Source: a bacterium HR23
GTDB taxonomy: Bacteria > Chloroflexota > Dehalococcoidia > Lucifugimonadales > HRBIN23
Length of the DNA stretch: 33,475 bases
Assembly: GCA_002923335.1 (NCBI GenBank)
Contig: BEHZ01000002.1
Location: forward strand, 1 to 33,475
Direction of reading: 5' to 3'
Part shown: positions 1 through 13,832 of the stretch, piece after piece
Numbering within the stretch: the first letter of the stretch is position 1
Layout of the letters: the number at the start of each line of letters is the position of its first letter
Program-made: the position numbers and the translations under genes
Notes under the pieces: model-generated
Told to the model about the DNA's origin: nothing
Database searches by the model: none
What the model saw: the letters and a program-made list of their open reading frames with translations, nothing else

Positions 1-2
1 TC

Positions 3-3000
3 CTGCAAGCCACATGGGAGAAGACGTGGCCGGAGCGGGATGCCAACGGCCAGCCCGTGCGCCCCTATCGGGAGGACCTGGCGCGTCGCCTGGCGGCCGC
101 CCGCCTGGTTTTCTACAGCCGGGTGCGCCCCGGGGAGCCTCCCAGCCTGGAGAACGCCAACGCCGTTCTGGAGTCCCTTTTCTTCAACCCCCGGCGCTAT
201 GACCTGGGCCTGGCGGGGCGGTATAAACTCAACCGCCTGCTGCCCAAGCCCCTTCTGCCCGAAAGGGAATACCGCACCCTCACCCGGGAGGACATCGTAA
301 CAGCGGTGCGGTGTCTCATTCAGGTGAACACGGGGGCCTATCCGGAGGACGATATAGACGACCTGTCGAACCGGCGGGTGCGCACGGTGGGGGAGGCGGT
401 GCAGAACGCCCTGCGCCTGGGCTTCCTGCGCTTGGAGCGGGCCATCAAGGAGCGCATGAGCACGCAGGAGGAGAAGGAGGGGGCCAGCCCTACCGCCTTC
501 GTGAACTATCGCCCTGTGTATGCGGTTATCCGTGAGTTCTTCGGGAGTTCCCAACTGGCCCAGTTTATGGACCAGACCAACCCGCTGGCGGAACTGACCC
601 ACAAGCGCCGTCTCTCCGCTTTGGGGCCGGGGGGACTGTCCAGGGAGCGGGCAGGGTTTGAGGTGCGGGATGTGCACCATTCCCACTATGGGCGCATCTG
701 CCCTATTGAGACCCCCGAAGGCCCCAATGTGGGGCTGCTGGTGTCTCTGGCCACCTATGCCCGCATCAACCCCTATGGGTTCCTGGAGACTCCCTATCGG
801 AAGGTGCACCGAGAGGTCCCCAACGACGACCCGGACCTGGTGGGGCGTATCCTGCGCCAGGAGGTGCGAGACACGGACGGGAAGGTGCTGGCTTCTCCGG
901 GGCAGGTGGTTACCCCGACCCTCTTCCGGCGCCTGTCCGCTTTGCCCAAACAGCCCATCGCTGTGCGCCCCTTCGTTACCTCTCGCCCCGAGGACATCGT
1001 GTATCTCACGGCCGACCAAGAGCGGGAACTGGTTATTGCCCAGCCGAATGTGCCTGTGGACAGCAAGGGGCAACTCCTGGTAGACCGGGTAGAGGTGCGC
1101 CGAGGGGCGCACGTGACCCTGGAATCCGTTGAGCGGATTGACTATATGGATGTCTCCCCTATGCAGGTCTTCTCGGTCTCGGCGTCCCTCATCCCCTTCC
1201 TGGAGCACGACGACGCCAACCGGGCCTTGATGGGGTCCAACATGCAACGCCAGGCGGTTCCCCTTTTGGCGCCCGAAGCCCCTCTGGTGGGCACGGGGAT
1301 GGAACGGCACGTGGCTCTGGATTCCGGCCAGGTGGTGGAGGCCCAGGCGGATGGCGTGGTTACCTTCGTAGATGGCCGGCAGGTGCAGGTAACCCGCCCC
1401 GATGGGACGGTAGATACCTATCCACTGGTGAAGTTCCTGCGCACCAACCAGAGCACCTGCTTCAACCAGCGTCCTATCGTGCAGGTTGGCCAGAGGGTGC
1501 GGAAGGGCGATCCCCTGGCGGACTCCTCTTCAACCGACAGGGGATACCTGGCCCTGGGCCATAACGTGCTGGTGGCCTTTATGTCCTGGGAGGGCTACAA
1601 CTACGAGGATGCGGTCATCGTCTCTGAAGACCTGGTGCGGAAAGACAAGTTCACCTCGGTGCACATTGAGGAGTTTGAGTGTGAGGCCCGTCAGACCAAG
1701 CAGGGCGAAGAGGAGATTACCGCCGATATCCCCCAGGTGGGGGAGGAGGCACGGGCCAATCTGGATGAGAACGGGGTGGTGCGTGTGGGGGCGGAGGTGG
1801 GGCCCGGGGACATCCTGGTAGGCAAGGTAACGCCCAAAGGGGAGCAGGAGCCAACGGGGGAGGAGAAACTCTTGCGGGCCATCTTTGGGGAGAAAGCAGC
1901 GGATGTGAAGGACACCTCCCTCCGTTTGCGCCACGGGGAATGGGGCAAGGTGATCCACACCCTGGTGCTGGAGCGCAGTCAAAAGCACCCCCTGCCTCCG
2001 GGTGTGCAGAAGATGGTGAAGGTGTGGGTCGCCCAGGTGCGCAAACTTTCCGTGGGCGACAAAATGGCGGGACGCCACGGCAATAAGGGCGTGATCTCTA
2101 AAGTAACCCCCATGGAGGATATGCCCTTCCTGGACGACGGCACTCCGGTGGAGATCATCCTGAACCCCATCGGCGTGCCCAGCCGAATGAACTTGGGCCA
2201 GGTCATGGAAACCCACCTGGGGTGGGTGGCAGCCAACCTGGGCTTCCGTGCCCTGAGCCCCGTTTTCGACGGCGCCCGGGATATAGACATTGAGGACGGC
2301 TTGGCCCGGGTGTGGTTCATCCACGCTGCGGGCGCCCTGGACCAGCGCAACCTGGAGCGTCCGGTAGTGGACTGGGAGCGGGTGCGAGCCTGGCTAAAGG
2401 AGCGGGGTTACGATATGGAGCGCCTTTTCAGCGACCAGGTGCACGGCGAGGCCCGGGAGGCCTGCCTGCGCCTCTGGCTCAAGGAAGACCCTTACGCCCG
2501 GCGCTATACCACGGTAGACCCGGACAAGGCCGACTACGCCACCCTGTTGGATGAGGCGCGCCGTCTCAACCGGGAGCACCGCTTGGCACCTCCCATCCTG
2601 GGGAAAGTGCGCCTGCGGGACGGGCGCACCGGCGAATACTTTGACCAGCCCGTTACCGTGGGCTACATCTACATGATGAAACTCATCCACCTGGTGGAGG
2701 ACAAGATACACGCCCGCTCCACAGGACCCTATAGCCTTATTACCCAGCAACCCCTGGGGGGCAAGGCCCAGTTCGGAGGTCAGCGCTTCGGGGAGATGGA
2801 GGTCTGGGCCCTGGAGGCCTACAGCGCTGCCCACAATCTCCAAGAGATGCTCACCATCAAATCCGATGATGTGTCCGGCCGACAGAGGGCCTACGAGGCC
2901 ATTATCAAGGGCGAGGAGGTGGTTGAGCCGGGGGTGCCCGAATCCTTCCAGGTGCTGGTGAAGGAACTGCAGGCCTTGGGCCTGTCGGTGGAGTTGCTCA

Positions 3001-3074
3001 GTGAGGAGGAGGTGGTGCCCGCTGTGCCTGGAGGGGACGGCACTGGGGGGAAGCCCTCCCCCGTTGGCCCTTAG
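3..3074 (+). CDS. rpoB: DNA-directed RNA polymerase subunit beta, 5'-truncated by the window edge
   Basis: Frame 3 is open from the window edge, with no stop before the GTG at 57. The translation has beta-subunit hallmarks: [60 protein letters not shown] and [25 protein letters not shown]. It is followed by rpoC, the usual order. Confidence 0.97.
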   Translation: MQATWEKTWPERDANGQPVRPYREDLARRLAAARLVFYSRVRPGEPPSLENANAVLESLFFNPRRYDLGLAGRYKLNRLLPKPLLPEREYRTLTREDIVTAVRCLIQVNTGAYPEDDIDDLSNRRVRTVGEAVQNALRLGFLRLERAIKERMSTQEEKEGASPTAFVNYRPVYAVIREFFGSSQLAQFMDQTNPLAELTHKRRLSALGPGGLSRERAGFEVRDVHHSHYGRICPIETPEGPNVGLLVSLATYARINPYGFLETPYRKVHREVPNDDPDLVGRILRQEVRDTDGKVLASPGQVVTPTLFRRLSALPKQPIAVRPFVTSRPEDIVYLTADQERELVIAQPNVPVDSKGQLLVDRVEVRRGAHVTLESVERIDYMDVSPMQVFSVSASLIPFLEHDDANRALMGSNMQRQAVPLLAPEAPLVGTGMERHVALDSGQVVEAQADGVVTFVDGRQVQVTRPDGTVDTYPLVKFLRTNQSTCFNQRPIVQVGQRVRKGDPLADSSSTDRGYLALGHNVLVAFMSWEGYNYEDAVIVSEDLVRKDKFTSVHIEEFECEARQTKQGEEEITADIPQVGEEARANLDENGVVRVGAEVGPGDILVGKVTPKGEQEPTGEEKLLRAIFGEKAADVKDTSLRLRHGEWGKVIHTLVLERSQKHPLPPGVQKMVKVWVAQVRKLSVGDKMAGRHGNKGVISKVTPMEDMPFLDDGTPVEIILNPIGVPSRMNLGQVMETHLGWVAANLGFRALSPVFDGARDIDIEDGLARVWFIHAAGALDQRNLERPVVDWERVRAWLKERGYDMERLFSDQVHGEAREACLRLWLKEDPYARRYTTVDPDKADYATLLDEARRLNREHRLAPPILGKVRLRDGRTGEYFDQPVTVGYIYMMKLIHLVEDKIHARSTGPYSLITQQPLGGKAQFGGQRFGEMEVWALEAYSAAHNLQEMLTIKSDDVSGRQRAYEAIIKGEEVVEPGVPESFQVLVKELQALGLSVELLSEEEVVPAVPGGDGTGGKPSPVGP

Positions 3075-3146
3075 CCCCCTCCAGCGAGGCTACCGCCTTC
3101 CCCTGGAAAAGCCGGTTCGTCGGCAGGCGCAGAGGAGAGCGTGCCT

Positions 3147-7258
<4,112 letters not shown>

Positions 7259-7262
<4 letters not shown>

Positions 7263-8260
7263 TCCAGGAGGGCGGACTGGAGGGCGGGCAGGTCGGCGTG
7301 CTGGGCCAGCAGGTCGGCGAAACGGCGCGCCTTTTCGGGCACCCGTGCGGTTGCTAGACCCGCTACCCCCTCCAACCGCTGGAGGGCCGCCAGAGTGCTC
7401 AGGCGGGTCCACACCAGGGGGGTGCCGGTCTGCTCTGCTTCGTAGACCGTATACTGCACCGGCTCCACTCCGCCTGTAAGGACAAGGCAGGTGGTAGAGG
7501 TGGCCAGGGCAGCCAGGTGCAGGTCGGGGCGGTCGGCACGCACGACCACTGCCTTCCGGGCGTGGCGAGAGAAGACATACTGCCCCTCGTCCAACGCCCA
7601 TCCCCCGACCATAATGGCCTCCACCAGGGCGTCTCCTTTCTCCGGGTAGAGGCGTATCTCCCCCTCCACACAGCGGGCCACCTCTGCCACCGTGGGGGCA
7701 GAGAGCACTCTGTCCTCCGGCACCAGGCCCAGCACCCGGAGGCCAGCCCGTTCCAGCGCTGGGGCTATCTGGGCATGTGCCCGATGGCCGTGGTAGCGCC
7801 ACACCCAGTTCACCAGCACCCCCAGCAACCGCTGGCCGAAGTGGGAGCGGGCCGACTCCAGGTCCTCGGCCCTCAGGTCGGGACGGTAGGGGACTACCAG
7901 CACCACCCGGGCCGAGGTGGCTTCCACCAGAGCAGTGGACGCCTGTCCCTGGGAGCCCAGGAGGACGCTATCCAATCCCTCTAGGAGCAAGGGGCGGCTC
8001 CCCTGGGCCAGGGCGCGCAGGGCCTCCGTTGCCCGAGCCGGGAGCACTCCATCGGCCGGTAGGGGGGTGGGGAGGCCGTCCAAGGCAGGCGGGTCGGCAA
8101 CCAGATGGCGGAAAAAGGCGTTGTCGGCGTCCTCGGCAGAGGCGACGGGTTTGAGGGCTATGGGGGCTTTCCCGTGTCTGTGCAAGGCCAGGGCCAGCCC
8201 CGCCACCAGGGCGGTCTTCCCGCAGTGGGGGCTTGTTCCGGCAATGTAGAGCACACCCAT
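7259..8260 (-). CDS. DRTGG domain / BioD-CobQ-like nucleotide-binding protein, resembling the N-terminal half of long phosphotransacetylases
   Basis: N-terminal P-loop-like [16 protein letters not shown] and a C-terminal DRTGG-like block ([17 protein letters not shown]). Its stop overlaps the rpoC stop within a single CTAG. Confidence 0.7.
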
Positions 8261-8279
8261 ACTACACCTCAGTAGTATA

Positions 8280-9242
8280 CTACGCCGGCGAGGGGGATTT
8301 CCCTAGGAAGGAGGCCAGCGCCTGCTGGGCGGTGTAGCGGGGCCTCCAGCCCGTTGCCTGTTCCAGACGGCGGGTGCTCACCACAAAGGACCAGCGGATG
8401 AACGCCAGCCCTACCCGGGGCGAATTGCTCTGGAGGCGCAGGCGCCAGGTGGCCTCGGTAACGGCCTCCAGGAGGACGGCGGGGAGGCGCACAAGGGGGC
8501 GTCCCGCCATGCGGGCCAGTGCGCTCCAGGGCACCGTCCCCTCGCCGGCCAGGTTGAAGGTGCCCGTTATCGGCTCCTGGAGCAGATGCAACAAGATGGA
8601 AACCTGGTCTTCCATATGGAGGAACTGCATGGGGGGGTCGTGGCCGAGATAGGCGGGGAGGATGGGCTTGGTCAAGGCCCGTGCCACGAAGTTATCGGCA
8701 CCTGGCCCCATCACAGGACACCCCCGCAGAACTGTGGTTCGGGCGTGGGGATGCTCCTGGATCCAACGGGCAAGCACGCCTTCAGCCGAGACCTTGTCCT
8801 CGGCATACTGGAAGCCTGGGTTGGGTCGTAGCGGGGCTTCCTCTGTCAGGGGAAAGGGGTTATCTGGATGCGCTCCGTAGACGGTGGAACTGCTCAGATA
8901 GAGGACATGCCACACGCCCGCCTGAGCGCACGCCTGCAGGGTTGCCTCCAGCCCTCCGACATTGATGCGTCGGACCGCTGAACGGTCGCGTCCTGGGCGC
9001 ATCACAAAGGCGAGGGGAACGATGGCTTGGATGCCGAAGGAACGCAGAGCGCCTTCTAGAGGCCAGAGGGGCGCTTCGGCCACATCGTGTTGCAGGGGAA
9101 TAACCTTCGGAGGCATGGGGGGAAGGGGGCGCACATCCACTGCCAAGACCGTCTCTACCCACTCCTGACGGACGAGGGCGGAGACCAGGTGCCGGCCAAT
9201 GTAGCCTCCCGCCCCGGTAACGGCGATGCGAGAGGGGCGCAT
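8280..9242 (-). CDS. NAD-dependent epimerase/dehydratase (SDR family)
   Basis: Rossmann motif IAVTGAGGYIGRHLVSAL and a later Y-x3-K region (YAEDK). I prefer ATG 9242 (MRPSRIAVTG), which lies 1 nt after the upstream gene's TAG, over the track start at 9284, which would overlap that gene by 41 nt. Confidence 0.85.
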   Translation of the reverse strand: MRPSRIAVTGAGGYIGRHLVSALVRQEWVETVLAVDVRPLPPMPPKVIPLQHDVAEAPLWPLEGALRSFGIQAIVPLAFVMRPGRDRSAVRRINVGGLEATLQACAQAGVWHVLYLSSSTVYGAHPDNPFPLTEEAPLRPNPGFQYAEDKVSAEGVLARWIQEHPHARTTVLRGCPVMGPGADNFVARALTKPILPAYLGHDPPMQFLHMEDQVSILLHLLQEPITGTFNLAGEGTVPWSALARMAGRPLVRLPAVLLEAVTEATWRLRLQSNSPRVGLAFIRWSFVVSTRRLEQATGWRPRYTAQQALASFLGKSPSPA

Positions 9243-9243
9243 G

Positions 9244-9609
9244 CTAGGAGACCACATCGGTGAAGTCAAAGGAGAGGGCGCCAAAGCCCTGCACGACGAA
9301 GCCCATGGCTACCTTATGGGTGCCCGGCTCCAGGGGGACGCCCCGCACCTTAACGATGGTGGTGCGGTTGAGGGCCAGGGTGAAGGGGCGCTCGGGTGTC
9401 ACGGCGGTGAAAGGCGTCTCCTGCCCGTCTACCGAGAAGGAGCATTGCTCCAGGGGCACCTCTTTGCCGTTGACCTTCAGGGGGAGCATCTGGCGGGCGT
9501 AGCCGGAGCCTAACTGGTTGCGCAGTTGGAACTCAAAGCCGTCGTCGGTTCGGCGCAGGCTCCCCTTGACATACAGGCGACGGAGGAGGAAGGGGGGGAT
9601 GCTCACCAT
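9244..9609 (-). CDS. Small hypothetical protein (about 121 aa, beta-rich), function unknown
   Basis: ORF sandwiched between the aldolase and the epimerase. SD AGGAGG lies 5 nt before ATG 9609, and the aldolase TAG stop overlaps that SD (TAGGAGGTG). Amino-acid composition looks protein-like. I do not confidently recognise any motif. Confidence 0.6.
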   Translation of the reverse strand: MVSIPPFLLRRLYVKGSLRRTDDGFEFQLRNQLGSGYARQMLPLKVNGKEVPLEQCSFSVDGQETPFTAVTPERPFTLALNRTTIVKVRGVPLEPGTHKVAMGFVVQGFGALSFDFTDVVS

Positions 9610-9618
9610 GCGCACCTC

Positions 9619-10290
9619 CTAGGTTTGACCGGGACGTTGGCGCATAATGTAGATGGCCCTTTCCGCCTCCACAGCCTCTGGGGGGAGGCAGGGGGCGTTG
9701 CCCAGCAGCCGCGCCAAGATGAATACCTGGGCGGCCCGCTCCACCAGCAGGCACACCTGCAACGCTTGCTCCAGGGAGCGACCCACTCCTACAACACCGT
9801 GGTGGCGCAAGAGCACCGCACAGCGGTCGCCCAGGGCATACACCGCCTTGTCCGCCAGGTCCTGGCTCCCGGGGAAGCCATAGGGGGCTACCTCCACCGT
9901 CCCGCCGGCATACACTACCAACTCGTCCAGGATGGGCGGTATGGCCAGTCCAGCGACGGCACAGGCACTGGCGTAGGGGGAGTGGGTGTGGACGATGGCG
10001 TGCACATCGGGGCGTGCCCGGTAGATGGCGATGTGCAGAAGGCTCTCACTGGAGGGGGGCAGGTCCCCCAATATCGCCTCCCCCTCCTCGTCAATGACGG
10101 GGATGTCTTCGGGGCGCAGAGTAAGGTAGGGGCGCTGGGTGGGGGTAATGGCCAGGAGGGTCCGGCCCTCCCGCTGGTTCACCCGCACGCTCACGTTGCC
10201 GGCGGTGCCTAGAACCAGGCCGGCCTGGAACATACTCTGGGCAGTGCGCAGCACCGCCTGGCGCTCTTCCAGCCACTCCATATCTGCCAT
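9619..10290 (-). CDS. Class II aldolase/adducin-family protein (L-fuculose-phosphate aldolase or methylthioribulose-1-phosphate dehydratase-like)
   Basis: The length, a metal-binding His cluster (AIVHTHSPYASACAV) and the GNVSVR motif are typical of the family. An alternative start is ATG 10281. Confidence 0.85.
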   Translation of the reverse strand: MADMEWLEERQAVLRTAQSMFQAGLVLGTAGNVSVRVNQREGRTLLAITPTQRPYLTLRPEDIPVIDEEGEAILGDLPPSSESLLHIAIYRARPDVHAIVHTHSPYASACAVAGLAIPPILDELVVYAGGTVEVAPYGFPGSQDLADKAVYALGDRCAVLLRHHGVVGVGRSLEQALQVCLLVERAAQVFILARLLGNAPCLPPEAVEAERAIYIMRQRPGQT

Positions 10291-10423
10291 CTCCCTATCC
10301 TAGCGTTGCCGGCGGGAGGATGCAACCTCTCGGGGGTGTTTGCCGTCCTCCGGCAAGCGTGCCCTTGGGCCTTTGGGCGTGCAGGGGTAAAAACGGCTTC
10401 GGCGGTTAGCCGAAGCGGTATGG

Positions 10424-10453
10424 TTAGACAAAAGGACGAGGCTTTGCTATACT
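10424..10453 (+). promoter_or_regulatory. Candidate sigma70-type promoter for alaS (TTAGAC-18 nt-TATACT)
   Basis: Hexamers read directly from the sequence. They lie about 140 nt upstream of the alaS ATG. There is no experimental support. Confidence 0.3.
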
Positions 10454-10490
10454 TCCAGTGGAAAGCGCAGGGAAGGGGTATCGTGTCTGT

Positions 10491-10573
10491 AGGTGCGGCG
10501 GCTACTCAGTAGGCTCCGGCACCTCGCCCCGGCACCCTCGTGGGCGGGCGCAGGTGCCCGCCCCTGCTTTTCT
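10491..10573 (+). promoter_or_regulatory. Structured alaS 5' leader: imperfect hairpin followed by a terminator-like hairpin with a U-tract (possible attenuator)
   Basis: Hairpin 1 is AGGTGC...CTACT/AGTAG...GCACCT (10491-10524). Hairpin 2 is GGGCGGGC-gcaggt-GCCCGCCC (10542-10563), followed by CTGCTTTTCT. The SD AAGGGGGA and ATG 10596 lie downstream. Confidence 0.45.
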
Positions 10574-10595
10574 AGGCCATCTCAAGGGGGACGGC

Positions 10596-13316
10596 ATGCG
10601 CACCAGCGACGAAATCCGACGAGGCTTCTTGGACTACTTTAAGGGGAAAGGCTCCCTGGAGGTGCCTAGTTCCTCCCTTATACCGGCGGGCGACCCCACC
10701 CTCCTCTTCACCACGGCGGGGATGGTGCAGTTCAAGCCCTACTTCCTGGGCCAGGCGACGCCCCCGGCTCGTCGCCTCACCTCCTGCCAGAAGTGCTTCC
10801 GCACCACCGATATTGACTCGGTGGGCGACTATAAGCACCTTACCTTCTTTGAGATGCTGGGCAACTTCAGCGTGGGCGACTACTTTAAGAAAGAGGCCAT
10901 CGCCTGGGCGTGGGAGTTCGTTACCCTGCATATGGGTTTGCCCCCGGAACGGCTGTGGATCACCATCTACCTGGAGGACGATGAGGCCTTCCGCCTCTGG
11001 AACGAGATGGTGGGGGTGCCGGCCCACCGTATCTACCGCTACGGCCGGAAGGATAACTTTTGGGGCCCGCCGGGCCTGGAAGGCCCCTGCGGGCCCTGTA
11101 GCGAAATCCACTTTGACTACGGGGCCCACCTGGGGTGCGGCCCTCTAGCCCCCCCCGAGGAGGTGGCCCGTGCCCAAAGGGAGGGGGCCACCGTTCAGGG
11201 GTGTCATCCCAACTGCGACCGCTGTGAGCGGTTCGTGGAACTGTGGAACCTAGTGTTCATGCAGTTTTTCCAGGACAAGGGGAAGCGTCTCTCGCCCCTG
11301 CCGGCCCCCAACATAGACACCGGCATGGGCCTGGAGCGGGCTACCGCCATTCTCCAGGGCAAGCGCACCGTCTACGACACCGACATCTTCCAGCCCATCC
11401 TCCAGCGGGTGGGCGACCTGTGCGGGAAGCCCTATGGCCGGGACGCTTCTACCGACTACGCTCTGCGGGTAGTGGCGGAGCACGCCCGTGGCGCTACCTT
11501 CCTTATCGCCGACGGTGTTGTGCCGGGCAACGAGGGGAGGGGGTATGTGCTCCGGCGGATCATCCGACGGGCCATCCGCTTCGGGCGAAAGGTGGGGCTG
11601 GAGGGCCCCTTCCTGGGGGGTGTGGCCCAGGCGGTGATAGAGCGCATGGGCGGGGTATATCCCGAGTTGGTGGCCCATCGGGGCTTCATTAGCCGTGTGC
11701 TGGGCATAGAGGAGGAGCGGTTTAGCCAGGTCTACGAGGCCGGGCGCAGAATGCTGGAGGAGGCGGTGGAGGGGCTTCTCCAGCAGGCTCGTCCGGGGGA
11801 GGCGCCCCGGCCTCTGCCCGCTTCCCTGGTTTTCACCCTCTACGACACCTACGGCTTTCCCCCGGAACTGACGGAGGAGGTGGCACGGGAGCGGGGACTG
11901 CCAGGGATAGACTGGGAGGGCTTCCAACGGGAGATGGAGGCCCAGCGGGAGCGGGCACGGGCATCGTCGCCCTTCGCCGGTGGCTCCCAGGCCCGGATCT
12001 TGCTCTATGAACAGTTGGGAATACGGGGCACCCGCTTCCTCGGCTACGAGACCCTGGCCCACACCTCGGTCGTGGTGGGCATCCTGCGGGGCGACCAGAC
12101 GGTCTCCGAGGCGACACCGGGCGAGGAGGTGGAAATCGTCCTGCGGGAGACGCCCTTCTACCCTGAAGGGGGTGGCCAGGTGGGCGACCGGGGCGTTCTC
12201 CAGGGGCCGTCGGGCAAGGTGGAGGTGGTGGATACCTTCTCTCCCATCGCCGACCTGATTGTCCATCGGGGGAAGGTAGTGGAGGGGCGTATCGTTCTGG
12301 GGGACCCGGTGCAGGCCCAGGTGGACCCCCAGCACCGCCGCGATACCGCCCGCAACCACACCGCCACCCATCTTCTCCACTCCGCCCTGCGCCGGGTGCT
12401 GGGAACCCATGTGCGCCAGGCGGGCTCCCTCGTGGCCCCCGACCGTTTGCGCTTTGACTTCACCCATGTGCAGGCCCTCACCAGAGAGGAACTCCAGGCG
12501 GTGGAGCGTTTGGTGAACGAGAAGGTGCGGGAGGACCTGCCGGTGCGCAAGCGGGAGACGGCCTACCTCCAGGCCATCCAGGAGGGGGCTTTGGCCTTCT
12601 TCGGCGACAAGTATGGAGAGCGGGTGCGGGTGGTAGAGGTGGCCAACGGCGAGCGTTTCAGTCTTGAGGTGTGTGGTGGGACCCATCTGGACCGCACGGG
12701 GGAGATCGGCCTGTTCCTGGTGGTCTCGGAGTCCTCCATTGGGGCCGGGGTGCGCCGTATTGAGGCGGTGACCGGGCGGTGGGCCGAGGCCCTGGTGCGC
12801 CAGCGCCTGGATACCCTGAGCCAGGTCGCTACCCTTCTGGAGACCACTCCCGCAGAGACGCCCCAGCGCCTCCAGAGTCTGCTGGACGCCCTGGAGCAGG
12901 AACGCAAGCGGAGCAGTGCTCTGGAGCGGGAACTGGCCCGCCACCGTGCTCTCTCCCTCCTTTCCCAGGTGCAGGAGGTGGACGGGTTGAAGGTGTTGGC
13001 CGGACGTGCCGAAGCCTCTTCCGCCGAGGCCTTGCGGGAGATGGGCGACTTCCTGAAGGAGAAGATGGGGGGTGGGTTGGTGGTGCTGGGGAGCATCGTC
13101 AACGGCCGACCGCTCCTGGTGGCCATGGCTACACCCGATGCCGTTGCGCGGGGCGCCGATGCCGTAGCCGTGGTGCGGGAGGCGGCCAAGGCTATTGACG
13201 GTGGGGGTGGGGGCCGTCCCGAGATGGCCCAGGCCGGGGGCCGCCGCCCCGAAGGCCTGGACCAGGCCCTGGGGCGGGTGCCCGCCCTGGTGCGCCGTCT
13301 GCTCGGCAAGGGGTAG
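10596..13316 (+). CDS. alaS: Alanine--tRNA ligase
   Basis: The N-terminus MRTSDEIRRGFLDYFKGKGS.. and the blocks FTTAGMVQFKPYF, NIDTGMGLERA, the HTATHLLH editing-domain motif and the C-terminal DHHA1-like GGGGGRPEMAQAGG are all characteristic. The 46-codon extension from 10458 in the ORF track lies in the leader and has no homology-like features. Confidence 0.96.
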   Translation: MRTSDEIRRGFLDYFKGKGSLEVPSSSLIPAGDPTLLFTTAGMVQFKPYFLGQATPPARRLTSCQKCFRTTDIDSVGDYKHLTFFEMLGNFSVGDYFKKEAIAWAWEFVTLHMGLPPERLWITIYLEDDEAFRLWNEMVGVPAHRIYRYGRKDNFWGPPGLEGPCGPCSEIHFDYGAHLGCGPLAPPEEVARAQREGATVQGCHPNCDRCERFVELWNLVFMQFFQDKGKRLSPLPAPNIDTGMGLERATAILQGKRTVYDTDIFQPILQRVGDLCGKPYGRDASTDYALRVVAEHARGATFLIADGVVPGNEGRGYVLRRIIRRAIRFGRKVGLEGPFLGGVAQAVIERMGGVYPELVAHRGFISRVLGIEEERFSQVYEAGRRMLEEAVEGLLQQARPGEAPRPLPASLVFTLYDTYGFPPELTEEVARERGLPGIDWEGFQREMEAQRERARASSPFAGGSQARILLYEQLGIRGTRFLGYETLAHTSVVVGILRGDQTVSEATPGEEVEIVLRETPFYPEGGGQVGDRGVLQGPSGKVEVVDTFSPIADLIVHRGKVVEGRIVLGDPVQAQVDPQHRRDTARNHTATHLLHSALRRVLGTHVRQAGSLVAPDRLRFDFTHVQALTREELQAVERLVNEKVREDLPVRKRETAYLQAIQEGALAFFGDKYGERVRVVEVANGERFSLEVCGGTHLDRTGEIGLFLVVSESSIGAGVRRIEAVTGRWAEALVRQRLDTLSQVATLLETTPAETPQRLQSLLDALEQERKRSSALERELARHRALSLLSQVQEVDGLKVLAGRAEASSAEALREMGDFLKEKMGGGLVVLGSIVNGRPLLVAMATPDAVARGADAVAVVREAAKAIDGGGGGRPEMAQAGGRRPEGLDQALGRVPALVRRLLGKG

Positions 13317-13380
13317 GGGCCTGTGCACGCTTGCAAGAACGCCCTGCTCGTGTTATCCCTACCCGGGAGGCGGTAACCTT

Positions 13381-13800
13381 ATGCGTATCCTGGCTTTGGA
13401 TGTGGGCGCCCGGCGTATTGGGTGCGCCCTCAGCGACCCGGAGGGGCGCATCGCCTTCCCCGCCGAGACCCTCCAACGGCGCACCCTGCTGGAGGATATC
13501 CAGGCAGTGCTGGCCCTGGCGCACCGCCAGGGGGTGCAGGCCATTGTGGTGGGCCTGCCCGTTTCCCTGAGTGGCGAAAAAGGTCCACAGGCCCGGGAGG
13601 TGCTGGCCTTTGTGGAAGCCCTGCGTCGGGCCAGCCCCCTGCCCGTGGAGACCTGGGATGAGCGCTTCACCACAGTGGAAGCGGAACGCCTCCTGCGGGA
13701 GGCGGGCCGTCAGCCCTCCCGTGAGAAGGCCCGGCGGGATGCGGCAGCCGCCGCCGTCCTCCTGCAGGCCTATCTGGATGGGCGGGTGCGGAGAGGATAG
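13381..13800 (+). CDS. ruvX: Holliday junction resolvase-like protein RuvX/YqgF (pre-16S rRNA nuclease)
   Basis: MRILALDVGARRIGCALSD start and about 139 aa, with conserved alaS-ruvX synteny. The SD GGGAGG lies upstream of ATG 13381. Confidence 0.9.
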   Translation: MRILALDVGARRIGCALSDPEGRIAFPAETLQRRTLLEDIQAVLALAHRQGVQAIVVGLPVSLSGEKGPQAREVLAFVEALRRASPLPVETWDERFTTVEAERLLREAGRQPSREKARRDAAAAAVLLQAYLDGRVRRG

Positions 13801-13832
13801 AGACGCGGCAAGCGAGGACAAAGAGGGATACT

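Noticed and set aside
10458-10595. N-terminal 46-codon extension of alaS (ORF-track start), and a possible T-box riboswitch
   Set aside because: The extension has no AlaRS-like sequence and covers the hairpins and U-tract. MRTSDEIRRGF with an upstream SD is the conventional start. I could not find the conserved T-box 14-mer, a GA/K-turn motif or a specifier loop, and the leader is short, so I report only a generic attenuator candidate.
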